Part shown: positions 47,548 through 57,613 of the stretch, one piece after another
How positions within the stretch are numbered: position 1 is the stretch's first letter
Layout: each line of letters opens with the position of its first letter
Assembly: GCA_000989765.1 (NCBI GenBank)
Contig: LBOW01000005.1
Span: 661-64,660, forward strand
Length of the DNA: 64,000 bases
Direction of reading: 5' to 3'
DNA from: Candidatus Woesebacteria bacterium GW2011_GWB1_33_22
Lineage (GTDB): Bacteria; Patescibacteriota; Microgenomatia; UBA8517
Notes under the pieces: model-generated
What the model was told of the DNA's origin: nothing
Databases searched by the model: none
Seen by the model: only the letters and a program-made list of their open reading frames with translations
Program-made: the position numbers and the translations under genes

Positions 47548-49574
47548 TGTTCTGAAGATAATACCACTTCTATATTTTTTGAAACATGTGGTAATGTCGC
47601 CAACTTTCCACGAAGGAGGGGTGGTAAACGAAATTCTGCATTGACAAATCCTGGAATGCTTTGTAAATACTCTTCGGCGACTGTCGGATATCTACCCGCT
47701 ATTTTCTTGGCTATATCTACAGTATTTATACTAGGTAACAAGTTGGCAGCAATTTTAACCGTAATCTTTTCTTTTTCTTCTCCATCGGTAAATGAATATG
47801 ATATTTGATCATCTCTCAAAATAAACCCAGAGGGGACTCTCTCTTCCAAGGTCTTTTTGGAAATGATTGTTAGATCGTTTTTAGATATGGCTATTGCTGT
47901 AAATTTTAGATTCAATGATAATTTTATTGTTGAGGCCTCGTCTCCTACTTTATTACTAAAATCCTCTTCTTCACTTTCAAAAACAATTGATGTATCAACA
48001 ATCATTTTTTCACTAGAAAGTTGACCAGCCAATTTAGTTTGAGCCTGATTTGTCAATTCTTTCGTTAATTCTGCAAGTAATTTCTTCCTATCGTCTTCAG
48101 AAACAGCCGATATCTGACGGCTAGAACCTCCAGTAAAGTTGGCGGTAATTGTAGCATCAACCTCAGCTTTTGGATAATTACCCACTTTAAGTATTTCGTC
48201 TTTGGCTAAATTATATTCAGAACCAATGTTTCCCGCCTCAACATCCAAAACTGTCGTACCCGGCTCACTTGGGGATAATGCTCCTGAAACTGAAGCTTGT
48301 TTTGATGTTACAAATCTCAAATCAGAGGAGGAAAGAAGTACAGTTCCAGCTACTAAATTTATTGGAAAGGCTGTACCATTTTGAATTTTTACTTGACCTT
48401 TTGCTTTTTCTCCTACAGTTTTGATTCCTGTGGTTGATTTTGTTTTTTCTCCAGCCACCAATGTCTCAACTGTATCGGCTGATAGATCGCTACCCAAGTT
48501 GATAGTAATATTGTCTTCTAGTTTTTTAGGTGCAACAAATATAGTTACAGTTGCTTTAGGTAAAAACCACCAAGCCAAAAAAAATAGTATAAAAACCACA
48601 AAAAGTGATATTCCACCAAAAATAAATGGTTTACCTGAAAACGAAAAATTTATCTTGGGAAATTTTGGTAACTGAATATCAAATTTAGGCAATTTAGGAA
48701 AATTCTTAGGCGTATCTACAACAAAACCCAAGTCGGCAACAGTAATTCCCTCCGGCTCGCTAATATTTTTAATCTCCTCTTCTGGTACATTGGGGACATT
48801 GGTATCTGTTTCAGTGTTATCTAAAACACCATCAACTTGACTTATTTCGGAACCACCAGCAAGAGACACTGCTAATATCTTTTCGTTGGGATTAAGTATT
48901 TCAATTGTGGGAGCATGAAGAAATTTTAAAGTTTCAATCTTTTCCCAATCAATTTTATCTAAATTATTCTTAATCTCCTCTAATTCTGTTTCTTTTTGGT
49001 TGTAAAGTATTATTCTAGATGGAAAATTCTGTAAGTCGGTGGTTAACCTACTTAAACCTTCAAGTAAATCGTCTGATACTAATATGCTTCTTGACACAAC
49101 AGTTGTGCCAACAAGTTTTCCTAAGTTAAAAACTGACAAATCTAGACTCCCATCACTTACTCCCAAAGTTATACCTGAAAAAAAAGTTTGTTCTTTGCTC
49201 TTGATAAAATGAGATATGGCTTCAGGCAAAACAACGAAACCAGATGGAACCAGTGATAGATCACCACAAATTTTCTTTAATTTAAGAAGATATTCTTCTT
49301 TAATGTTCCCATTTTCAAGCCAGGATGAAGATACACCAAAAACAGTTTTACTAGGATCTTGAAAATCTTCAGCTAAACTTTGAGTGCAACTTGACAAGGT
49401 CGCGTCAACCGCTTCACTTAAATCACCCTCCCAGCGAGTGCCGGGTGAAGATGCAACAATCTCGACTTTTCCATCTTTAATCTGCCAAATCGCAGAGGTA
49501 ACCCACTGGCTTTCGATTAATATCGACCAATAAGCTTCTCTTGCTTCTTCATTTTTTTTCAAAAAATCTAACAT
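47544..49574 (-). CDS. Hypothetical bitopic membrane protein with an N-terminal actin-fold (FtsA/PilM-like) domain, degenerate nucleotide-binding motifs and a large C-terminal extracytoplasmic domain
   Basis: N-terminal ~300 aa follow an FtsA/PilM-like motif order (VFGVSSSWL, GITLGVSDGSLDLSVF) but lack the DxG phosphate-1 motif. One TM helix (FIFGGISLFVVFILFFLAWWFL) and a ~330-aa C-terminal domain. Confidence 0.45.
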   Translation of the reverse strand: MLDFLKKNEEAREAYWSILIESQWVTSAIWQIKDGKVEIVASSPGTRWEGDLSEAVDATLSSCTQSLAEDFQDPSKTVFGVSSSWLENGNIKEEYLLKLKKICGDLSLVPSGFVVLPEAISHFIKSKEQTFFSGITLGVSDGSLDLSVFNLGKLVGTTVVSRSILVSDDLLEGLSRLTTDLQNFPSRIILYNQKETELEEIKNNLDKIDWEKIETLKFLHAPTIEILNPNEKILAVSLAGGSEISQVDGVLDNTETDTNVPNVPEEEIKNISEPEGITVADLGFVVDTPKNFPKLPKFDIQLPKFPKINFSFSGKPFIFGGISLFVVFILFFLAWWFLPKATVTIFVAPKKLEDNITINLGSDLSADTVETLVAGEKTKSTTGIKTVGEKAKGQVKIQNGTAFPINLVAGTVLLSSSDLRFVTSKQASVSGALSPSEPGTTVLDVEAGNIGSEYNLAKDEILKVGNYPKAEVDATITANFTGGSSRQISAVSEDDRKKLLAELTKELTNQAQTKLAGQLSSEKMIVDTSIVFESEEEDFSNKVGDEASTIKLSLNLKFTAIAISKNDLTIISKKTLEERVPSGFILRDDQISYSFTDGEEKEKITVKIAANLLPSINTVDIAKKIAGRYPTVAEEYLQSIPGFVNAEFRLPPLLRGKLATLPHVSKNIEVVLSSEQ

Positions 49575-51222
49575 ATATTCGAATTATTCCTGATCCTATT
49601 TTCTCCTGTTTAATCATTTTAGCACGCCCTAAAAGTTTTGTGTTAGTTACATGTGGTCCACCACAAATCTCAAGACTAAAATTTCCAACTTTATATACTT
49701 TTACTTTATCACCATATTTTTCAGCAAAGAAATGTAAAGCGCCTTTTTTAATGGCTTCGTCTGGGGTTGTTTCAATAAAAGAAACTGGTAAATCTTCATC
49801 AATTTTTTTGTTAATTAAATTAAAGACTGATTTTACTTGTTCATCTGATAATTTATCAGGATATGAAAAATCAAATCTCAATCTTTCGTGGGTTATGTGG
49901 CTTCCTTTTTGGGCAACAGTATCTCCTAAAACCCTTCTTAAACTAGCATGTAATAAATGGGTAAGTGTATGAAGCTTTGTTGTTTCTTCACTATGATCAA
50001 CAAGTCCTCCTTTAAATATTCCAGTTGATAAGTTTTTTGAAGCCTCTTTATGTTTTTCAAACTCTTTTTTGAAATCGTCAAGATTTACTTCTTGACCTTT
50101 GTCCTTAAAAAGTTCAACTGTTAATTCAAGGGGAAAACCATATGACTGATATAGATCGAAGGCAATTTTACCAGAAATCTTTTTAACTTTTTGTATTTCT
50201 TTTAAACCTTTGTCAAGGCTTACTTTAAACTTTTTTACTTCATTCAAAATAACCTCATTATCTGTAATTTTATCAACTTCACTAGTTTTTACAGCAATTC
50301 TTCGAATAAGTCTTCTTAAAACATAACCATGCATTTTATTTGAGGGTACAACTCCGTTTTTAATTAGTGCTTCTGAAGCCCTTAAATGGTCAGCAATTAT
50401 TCTAAAATTTTTCTTTTCTTCTTCATATTTTTTACCTGTAATTCCTTCAAATTTTTGTATATTTGGCCAAAATATATCAGTTTTAAAAATATCAGGATCA
50501 TTGTTTAAAGCAGCAGTTATTCTTTCAAGCCCACCACCAAAATCAACATTTTTTTGTGACAATTCAATAAGTTTTTCTTTTCTTTTAAAATATTGCATAA
50601 AAACTGAATTACCAATTTCTAAAAACCTGCCACAATCACAGTTGGGATGACAATCCTCACCCCCGAAGTCAAAAAAAATCTCTGAATCTGGGCCACCAAT
50701 TTCTCCCTCTGGCATTTTGTCAGGAACTCCACTCCTGCTCCACCAATTTTTACCAACACCATAGTAATAAATATGATCTTCCGTTACTCCTAAACTTTTC
50801 CAAATTCTATAACTTTCAATGTCTTTTGTAATGTCTGGTGTTCCTTCAAAACAAGAAACATAAAGTTTGTTTTTATCAAACCTTAGTTCTTTTGTTAAAA
50901 ATTCCCATATCCAAGATAGTTGTTCTTTTTTAAAGTAATCGCCCAGACTCCAATTACCTAACATCTCAAAATATGTTAAATGTCTATTATCCCCAACTTC
51001 ATCTATATCAATTGTTCTAATTGCTGGTTGAAAATCTACGAGTTTAGTTCCCAACTCATGCTTTTTACCCATCAAATATGGAACCAGCGGTTGCATGCCA
51101 CTTGAGGTAAAAAGTGTAGTTGGATCATTTTCCAAAACCAAAGGAGCAGGGGGAATAATCACATGCCCTCTTTTTTCAAAAAACTTTAAATATTTTTCCC
51201 TTACCTCACTAGAAGTTATCAT
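49549..51222 (-). CDS. alaS: Alanine--tRNA ligase, compact form lacking the C-Ala domain
   Basis: Catalytic core (FTSSGMQPL), editing-domain HxxxH (HTLTHLLH) and a CGGPHV motif; only 557 aa. Confidence 0.9.
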   Translation of the reverse strand: MITSSEVREKYLKFFEKRGHVIIPPAPLVLENDPTTLFTSSGMQPLVPYLMGKKHELGTKLVDFQPAIRTIDIDEVGDNRHLTYFEMLGNWSLGDYFKKEQLSWIWEFLTKELRFDKNKLYVSCFEGTPDITKDIESYRIWKSLGVTEDHIYYYGVGKNWWSRSGVPDKMPEGEIGGPDSEIFFDFGGEDCHPNCDCGRFLEIGNSVFMQYFKRKEKLIELSQKNVDFGGGLERITAALNNDPDIFKTDIFWPNIQKFEGITGKKYEEEKKNFRIIADHLRASEALIKNGVVPSNKMHGYVLRRLIRRIAVKTSEVDKITDNEVILNEVKKFKVSLDKGLKEIQKVKKISGKIAFDLYQSYGFPLELTVELFKDKGQEVNLDDFKKEFEKHKEASKNLSTGIFKGGLVDHSEETTKLHTLTHLLHASLRRVLGDTVAQKGSHITHERLRFDFSYPDKLSDEQVKSVFNLINKKIDEDLPVSFIETTPDEAIKKGALHFFAEKYGDKVKVYKVGNFSLEICGGPHVTNTKLLGRAKMIKQEKIGSGIIRIYVRFFEKK

Positions 51223-51248
51223 TGTGGCTAAATTATAACAGATTATAT

Positions 51249-51485
51249 TTACTCTTGTCCGTGGGTGGTAATAGATTTATCTTTTTTAAACATTTCTGCA
51301 ATACCAGTCAAACGTTCAGGTCTAATTAACCCTCCACCTAAAATTGAATCTTCTAAAATTGAGTTTAATCTTTTAACAGAACGTCTTAAATCTAAAATAA
51401 TAAAAACAACCTGAACACCAACAATAACCAGAAGTACTGTTAAAGTTATAACTACAATTACTAAAAGTCTTTGTACGCTATCCAT
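51249..51485 (-). CDS. Hypothetical small membrane protein
   Basis: 78 aa with an N-terminal TM helix. Confidence 0.4.
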   Translation of the reverse strand: MDSVQRLLVIVVITLTVLLVIVGVQVVFIILDLRRSVKRLNSILEDSILGGGLIRPERLTGIAEMFKKDKSITTHGQE

Positions 51486-51488
51486 ATT

Positions 51489-52112
51489 TTATTTTTCTAT
51501 TTCTATTTTTCTTACTACTTCAGTTACTTTACCAGATCTAGAAGTCGATTTGAATCTAATTTCTTTTGTATCTTTAGTAACTTCAATTTCTGTTATAAAT
51601 TTACCATCTTGGTCTAATATAACAGGCTGATTATTAACGGTTAAGATTGCATCTGTTGTTGTTTTACCTTCAATTTTAACTTTGTTTTGTAATACTTGTT
51701 CATTTTCTTTTGGACTAACAACTATTAATTCTGGTGGTCTTATAAACTTTAGGTATTCAAAACCTAGATATCCCAAAACCAAAAAAAGTAAAAGACTAAT
51801 TCCAACAACAAAGGTTAATTTTGGAGACCATACAAATTTATTCCCAACATCAGGAGTTGGATTAATTGCTAGTTTTTTGGGAGGATAATCTCTTCTTAGA
51901 ATTGCATTTACATTATTTGTAGAAAGACCTAGGGAACTAGTTATATTTTTAACAAAACCTGAAACAACAGGAAATTCAGGCAAATTATTCCAATCGTTGT
52001 TTTCCAAATTTAGAATAAATTCCCTTTTAATTTTTGTTAAATTTTCAAGTTTAGTTAAGGAAAAACCCTTTTTTAATCGAGCTTCCTTTAATATTTGACC
52101 AATTGTATTCAT
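51489..52112 (-). CDS. RodZ-like protein (HTH domain, TM, extracytoplasmic domain)
   Basis: N-terminal XRE-like HTH, a central TM helix and a C-terminal domain. Confidence 0.6.
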   Translation of the reverse strand: MNTIGQILKEARLKKGFSLTKLENLTKIKREFILNLENNDWNNLPEFPVVSGFVKNITSSLGLSTNNVNAILRRDYPPKKLAINPTPDVGNKFVWSPKLTFVVGISLLLFLVLGYLGFEYLKFIRPPELIVVSPKENEQVLQNKVKIEGKTTTDAILTVNNQPVILDQDGKFITEIEVTKDTKEIRFKSTSRSGKVTEVVRKIEIEK

Positions 52113-54187
52113 TTGGAGCCTATACTATTTAGGAAATCTTCAGCATTTTTAATTAAAACTTCCCTAGGTTTTGATGAACCATCTGATGGGGCAATAACAC
52201 CAGCATCTTGTAATTGATCAACAACCCTGGCTGCTCTTGCATATCCAATGGAAAGTCTTCTTTGAAGAAGTGATGCAGAAGCTCTGTCGTACTGACAAAC
52301 AACTTTTACAGCCTCACTAAACAAATCGTCTGTATCTCCCATCACTCCAGCAATTGCTGGTTTTCCTGATTTAGTCATTGTTGTAACCTCATCTGTATAT
52401 TGGACAGGTATTCCTTGGTTTTTAATAAAACTAACGAGATTTTTAATCTCAGCATCATTTACAAACGCGCCTTGAATTCTTGAAGGTTTAGCTTGGTCTG
52501 GAGGCAAAAATAGCATATCTCCCTTTCCTAAAAGTTTTTCAGCCCCTTGAATATCTAATATAACCCTTGAATCAACTTGTGATGAAACCGCGAAAGCAAT
52601 ACGACACGGAATATTAGCTTTAATTAAACCGGTTATAACATTAACAGAAGGTCTTTGAGTTGCAAGAACCATGTGAATGCCAACAGCACGGCTCATTTGA
52701 GCTATTCTTGTAATGGCATCTTCAACTTCAACCGGAGAAAGAAGCATTACATCAGCCAATTCGTCAATCAATAAAACAATATAAGGTAGGACTTGAAAAC
52801 CGCTCATTTCATTATATGAGTCTATATTTCTTGCACCAGCCTGTTGAAATAATTCATATCTTCTATCCATTTCTCTTGTTAACCAGCGAAGAGCTGACAA
52901 TACCTTGTCTGTCTCAACAATAACAGGAGATAAGAGATGTGGAATATCATTGTAACCTGTAAGTTCAACTCTTTTAGGATCAACCATAATAAATTTAACT
53001 TCAGATGGAGAGGCCCTATAAAGAATTGATGCTAAAAATGTATTGATGCAAACTGATTTACCAGAACCTGTTTGGCCAGCAATTAAAACATGTGGCATTT
53101 TATTTAGGTCTGCTATGACAGGTTTCCCAGAAACATCAAGACCTAAAGTAACTGCCAGTTTTGATTTTTTACTTACCATTTCTTCAGATTCAAGAATTCT
53201 TTTTATTGGTACAAATTCGGGAGATCTATTGGGAAGTTCTATTCCCACTAAGTTTCTTCCAGGTATTGGGGCTTCTATTCTTATAGTACCTGTTGGTGCA
53301 GAGAGAGCAAGAGCTAAATCTCGTTCTAAAGCTGTAATTTTACTAAGCTTAGTACCGAGTGCGACTTGGATTGCATACTGTGTAACTGCAGGGCCTAGGT
53401 TAACTTCGACAATATTTGCAGTAATTCCAAACGACTCAAGTGTTTTTTCAATAATGTCTGCGTTTCCATTTATGTCTCCTCGGTCAACTTTTCCAATCTG
53501 ATCACTAGAAAAAAGGTCGATTGGTGGATACTTCCAAATAGAATCCTCCCCCTTAATATTACTTATTAGTTTTTCTTCGAATACTTCCTTTGGTTTTGAT
53601 GAATTAACTACTACCGGGGATACTGTAGAACCTGAAATTTTAAAATCTTTTCTAGGAAAAATTCTACCTCCACCAGCAGATTTCTGTCCAAAAATATAAA
53701 GATTAATTGTACCCCAAAAAGATTTGAGAATCTTAAACACTTGATCAAAAGATGTATTAAACAAGATTACAAGCCCAGTTAAGGTAATTCCAAAAAAAAT
53801 AATTACAGCTCCAGCAGGAGTAACAAGTGTTGAAACACCGTCCCAAAAAACTAAACCTAAATTGCCCGATCTACCAATACCAGCAAGGGACAAAAAAACC
53901 AAAATTGAACCGACGATTACATTTGGTTGAGAAAGTGGAAGTTTAATTTTACTAACCAAGAATGAAAAGGATAGAAATATAAAAGGTAAGAAAATTGTTG
54001 CCCAGCCAAAAATCTCCATCATTATGTCGTTGAAACGAACCAGAATTAAACCCCTTCTTGAAAAAGAAATAATTATAAGAAAGGCGGAAGCTAAAAAAAA
54101 TACTTGGGCAATTGAAGCCATTGTTTGAGGCTTAAGTTTTAATTTAAAAGCTCTTTTATCAATTCTTCTCTTGTGTTTCTTAGCCAT
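52109..54187 (-). CDS. ftsK: DNA translocase FtsK/SpoIIIE
   Basis: N-terminal 4 TM, motor domain with Walker A GQTGSGKS, and a C-terminal gamma wHTH. Confidence 0.93.
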   Translation of the reverse strand: MAKKHKRRIDKRAFKLKLKPQTMASIAQVFFLASAFLIIISFSRRGLILVRFNDIMMEIFGWATIFLPFIFLSFSFLVSKIKLPLSQPNVIVGSILVFLSLAGIGRSGNLGLVFWDGVSTLVTPAGAVIIFFGITLTGLVILFNTSFDQVFKILKSFWGTINLYIFGQKSAGGGRIFPRKDFKISGSTVSPVVVNSSKPKEVFEEKLISNIKGEDSIWKYPPIDLFSSDQIGKVDRGDINGNADIIEKTLESFGITANIVEVNLGPAVTQYAIQVALGTKLSKITALERDLALALSAPTGTIRIEAPIPGRNLVGIELPNRSPEFVPIKRILESEEMVSKKSKLAVTLGLDVSGKPVIADLNKMPHVLIAGQTGSGKSVCINTFLASILYRASPSEVKFIMVDPKRVELTGYNDIPHLLSPVIVETDKVLSALRWLTREMDRRYELFQQAGARNIDSYNEMSGFQVLPYIVLLIDELADVMLLSPVEVEDAITRIAQMSRAVGIHMVLATQRPSVNVITGLIKANIPCRIAFAVSSQVDSRVILDIQGAEKLLGKGDMLFLPPDQAKPSRIQGAFVNDAEIKNLVSFIKNQGIPVQYTDEVTTMTKSGKPAIAGVMGDTDDLFSEAVKVVCQYDRASASLLQRRLSIGYARAARVVDQLQDAGVIAPSDGSSKPREVLIKNAEDFLNSIGSK

Positions 54188-54210
54188 ATATTCATTATAG
54201 CTAAGTTCTG

Positions 54211-55869
54211 TTAAACCTCAACCACCACAGGAAGAATCATGGGGTGGCGACGAGTTTTGTCAAAGAAATACTTTTCCAAAACTTGAATTGAAAAGTTTTT
54301 CATTGTAGGAATATCTTTTAAATTCTTTTTTTGTAAAAAATTAAATAATTCCTGTTCTCCACCATCTAAAATTCCTCCAAATTTTTGCTGGAATACAAAA
54401 CCCCTACTTGTTAATTCTGGTTTTTCAATTAAAGTTTTACTATTTTTATTAATCTTCAAAGCAACAACTACAATACCTTCATCACCTAGTAAAGTCCTAT
54501 CTTCCAAAACAACTTTACCTATATCTCCTATTCCTAAGCCATGAACAAAGACCTCTTTTACTGGTATTGTTTCACTCCTTTTAGCCTCTTCGCCATCAAA
54601 GATAACACTTTCTCCAGGTTTAAGACGAAGTACATTTTCAGCTTTTGCGCCAAATTTAACAGCCAATTTTTCATATGCTTTCATGTATCTTATTGTCCCG
54701 CCAGTAGGAACAAAATATTTAGGATTTACAATTTTAAATAGTTCTACAATATCTCCTTGTGTTCCATGCCCCGAAACATGAAGGCCCTCATGTAAATCGT
54801 AGTAATGAACATCCACCCCAATGTCAGTTAGTTTATCAACTATAAAATCAATAGATTCTTTTGAATACGCAGGACCTGGATCTGCAGAAAAAATAAATGT
54901 GTCGTTTGGATTAATCTGAACTCTCTCATGTTCACCCAAGGCAAGTCTATAAACAGAACTTCCAGGCTGACCATAACAACCCGCAATAATATACATTAAT
55001 TTACTGGGGTTATATTTTTTTGATTCCCTTAAATCAATTACTTGGTTTGGTAAGTATTTTATGTATTTCAAGTTATAGGCAATTTCGATTTTACTTTGAA
55101 CTGATCTGCCAACTAAAACCACTTTTCGATTTAATCTTTGGGCAACATTCATCATTTGTTGAAACCTTCCAATCGAAGAGGAAATCGCAGTCATATAAAG
55201 AGTCTGTGGGGCACTTTTAGCAATGTTAAACATATTCTCTTCTATCTCAACTCCAGATGGAGCCATACCTGGATCATTTGAACCTAAACAATCAGACATT
55301 AGACAAAGTACAGGTTTTTCAGCTGCCAACCTTTTACATTTTTCAGTATCAAAATTCATTCCATCGGTAGAATTTTGGTCCATTTTATGCTCTGCTACAT
55401 GAAACGTTCTGCCGGCTGGAGAATCAATTGCATAACCTACAGTATCAGGCACAGAATGTGCAACCCTAAAGGGGGAAAACTTAAATGCTCCAACTTCAAA
55501 TGTATCTCTATCTGGATTAAAGGTATTTAATTTATAGTTAACAACTTGATAATCTTTAAATTTTACTTTTAAAAATTCGGTAACAATTGGAGGACACCAA
55601 ATGGGAACATTAACCTCACGAAGTAAAAAGGGGAGAGCGCCTACATGATCGTCATGCCCTTGAGAGACCACAACACCTTTTAGTTTATGTTTATTTTTAA
55701 TAATGTAGGAAAAATCAGGAAGCACTAGTTCTACTCCTGGCATTTCCAAATCTGGAAAACCAACACCACAATCAAGAATCACCATGTCGTTTCCGTATTC
55801 ATACACATATAAATTCTCAGTAACATCTGTGGTTCCTGAAAGTGCAATGAATTTTAAAGAAGGTTTCAT
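54211..55869 (-). CDS. rnj: Ribonuclease J
   Basis: Metallo-beta-lactamase HxHxDH (SQGHDDHVGAL) and a beta-CASP domain; 552 aa. Confidence 0.9.
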   Translation of the reverse strand: MKPSLKFIALSGTTDVTENLYVYEYGNDMVILDCGVGFPDLEMPGVELVLPDFSYIIKNKHKLKGVVVSQGHDDHVGALPFLLREVNVPIWCPPIVTEFLKVKFKDYQVVNYKLNTFNPDRDTFEVGAFKFSPFRVAHSVPDTVGYAIDSPAGRTFHVAEHKMDQNSTDGMNFDTEKCKRLAAEKPVLCLMSDCLGSNDPGMAPSGVEIEENMFNIAKSAPQTLYMTAISSSIGRFQQMMNVAQRLNRKVVLVGRSVQSKIEIAYNLKYIKYLPNQVIDLRESKKYNPSKLMYIIAGCYGQPGSSVYRLALGEHERVQINPNDTFIFSADPGPAYSKESIDFIVDKLTDIGVDVHYYDLHEGLHVSGHGTQGDIVELFKIVNPKYFVPTGGTIRYMKAYEKLAVKFGAKAENVLRLKPGESVIFDGEEAKRSETIPVKEVFVHGLGIGDIGKVVLEDRTLLGDEGIVVVALKINKNSKTLIEKPELTSRGFVFQQKFGGILDGGEQELFNFLQKKNLKDIPTMKNFSIQVLEKYFFDKTRRHPMILPVVVEV

Positions 55870-56495
55870 ACTAAAGTTTCTTGTTCTAATATCACTTTAT
55901 CATCTTTGGTGTCTAAAATCTCAGGCAAAAGTTTACCCATTTCAACAAAATCTGTTTGTTCTTGCCTTAAAATATTTCCATTCCTTAAAGATGCAGCAGG
56001 GTGATACATCGGGAAGACAACGACATTTTTATTCTGCCAAATAACATCATGCTTTTTACCATGAACTTGACTTATGAATACATTGGGTAAAAACTTTGTC
56101 ATTGAAAAGCGACCCAATGTAATTATTACATTGGGATTTAAGATATTTATTATTTGATCAAGATACTTGCTATAGCTAGTTATTTCTTCAGGTAGTGGGT
56201 CGCGATTTTCAGGTGGTCTATGATGTACAACGTTTGTAATAAACACCTTTTTTCTCTCTAAACCAGCAAGAATTAATAATTTGTCCAGTAACTTTCCTGC
56301 CTGTCCAACAAAGGGTAAGCCCTGCAAATCTTCCTGTCTTCCAGGGCCCTCTCCGACGCACAATATTTTGCTTTCTGTATTTCCAGATCCAAACACAAGT
56401 TTTGTCGCACCTTTTTTAAGAGAAAGTGAGTCATCCTTTTCCATTTGATCTTTGAGTTTGTGAAGTTTTTCAAATTTACTCATCTTAATTGCCAA
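55866..56495 (-). CDS. Uracil-DNA glycosylase, family 4
   Basis: GEGPG motif and a VHHRPP-like motif. Confidence 0.85.
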   Translation of the reverse strand: MAIKMSKFEKLHKLKDQMEKDDSLSLKKGATKLVFGSGNTESKILCVGEGPGRQEDLQGLPFVGQAGKLLDKLLILAGLERKKVFITNVVHHRPPENRDPLPEEITSYSKYLDQIINILNPNVIITLGRFSMTKFLPNVFISQVHGKKHDVIWQNKNVVVFPMYHPAASLRNGNILRQEQTDFVEMGKLLPEILDTKDDKVILEQETLV

Positions 56496-56898
56496 TAATT
56501 TCCAGGAATACTTTTGGATTCATTATAATGATGTTTTTATAAACTTTCAGCGACAAAAGATCTTTATCTCCTGTAACTATAATCGAACTTTCGCTTTCTT
56601 CAGCTACTTCTAATACCCTGTTATCATCTCTATCTCTGGCTATATTTATTTCTACTGTGGGATAGACAACATGAGAAAGTGAATTTATTTGCACCTCAAC
56701 TTTTTTAATCATTTCATCTGAAAAATTAAACTTTTGAAGTAAAATTTCCAACAATTCTGAAATAAGTTGAGGTGAGGTGTAAGCAATAAATTCTCTTTTA
56801 ATCAGTTTTTCAATTATTATCTTTGAATTTCCACCAAAAACTAGGGCAGAAATAATAACATTTGTATCTATTACAATTCTAGGAAGATTATCTTCCAT
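56485..56898 (-). CDS. vapC: PIN-domain toxin (VapC-like)
   Basis: IVIDTNVIISAL N-terminal acidic motif and further conserved D residues. Overlaps the upstream RHH gene by 11 nt. Confidence 0.75.
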   Translation of the reverse strand: MEDNLPRIVIDTNVIISALVFGGNSKIIIEKLIKREFIAYTSPQLISELLEILLQKFNFSDEMIKKVEVQINSLSHVVYPTVEINIARDRDDNRVLEVAEESESSIIVTGDKDLLSLKVYKNIIIMNPKVFLEIIGN

Positions 56899-57136
56899 CT
56901 CGATAATTATTTAGTTTTTCAAAAATATCTTGCTCGCTACTTATTCCCATTTTTTTACCCATCCTTTTTCCGTAGACAAATAGTTCCTCCCACGAGAGTT
57001 TATTAAATAAATATGTCCGAAGCGCTTCTTTAATAAGTTCGCTTCTATTCCTATATTCTTTTTTTGCAACCAAATCAGCTTTTTTTACTAAGTCATTAGG
57101 TAAGGATATATTAAAAGTTTGAGTTAACATATACAT
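56888..57136 (-). CDS. Ribbon-helix-helix antitoxin (CopG/VapB-like)
   Basis: FNISLPNDLVKKADLVAKKEYRNRSELIKEALRTYL RHH pattern, paired with the PIN gene. Confidence 0.7.
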   Translation of the reverse strand: MYMLTQTFNISLPNDLVKKADLVAKKEYRNRSELIKEALRTYLFNKLSWEELFVYGKRMGKKMGISSEQDIFEKLNNYRDGR

Positions 57137-57173
57137 ATGTTATACATAGCATGTATGTCTGTCAAGCCCTAAT

Positions 57174-57599
57174 TTACTCATGCATAAATTCTACCTGATT
57201 TGTTTTTGTATCGTAAATTGCAAAGTTAATACCATTTTCTAAAGCTCCAGGATTTATAACATTTTTTTCTTGATTTTGTTTATGCGTATGCCCACAAAAA
57301 ACAATATCAAATTTTTCTCTGTTTTCTTTTAATTTTTTAATATTGTGAATAATTCCAATTTTAACACCATCAATTTCGATTTTTACAAACTCCTCAAATT
57401 TGAAATTTGGATCTATGTCAGCATTTCCCAGACATGAATAAAGTGGAATTCCATAATCAGATACTGACTTTACATTGTCAAAATTACCCCAGTCTCCTGT
57501 ATGAATTATTGCCCCTGCCTTATTTTTTTTTGCAAATCCCATGACATGACGCAAATTAGATAGATTATTATGACTGTCGCCGATTATTAATATCTTCAT
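57174..57599 (-). CDS. YfcE-like metallophosphoesterase (calcineurin-like)
   Basis: MKILIIGDSH, GDWGN and GHTH motifs; 141 aa. Confidence 0.8.
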   Translation of the reverse strand: MKILIIGDSHNNLSNLRHVMGFAKKNKAGAIIHTGDWGNFDNVKSVSDYGIPLYSCLGNADIDPNFKFEEFVKIEIDGVKIGIIHNIKKLKENREKFDIVFCGHTHKQNQEKNVINPGALENGINFAIYDTKTNQVEFMHE

Positions 57600-57613
57600 T
57601 TAACTATTTTAAT

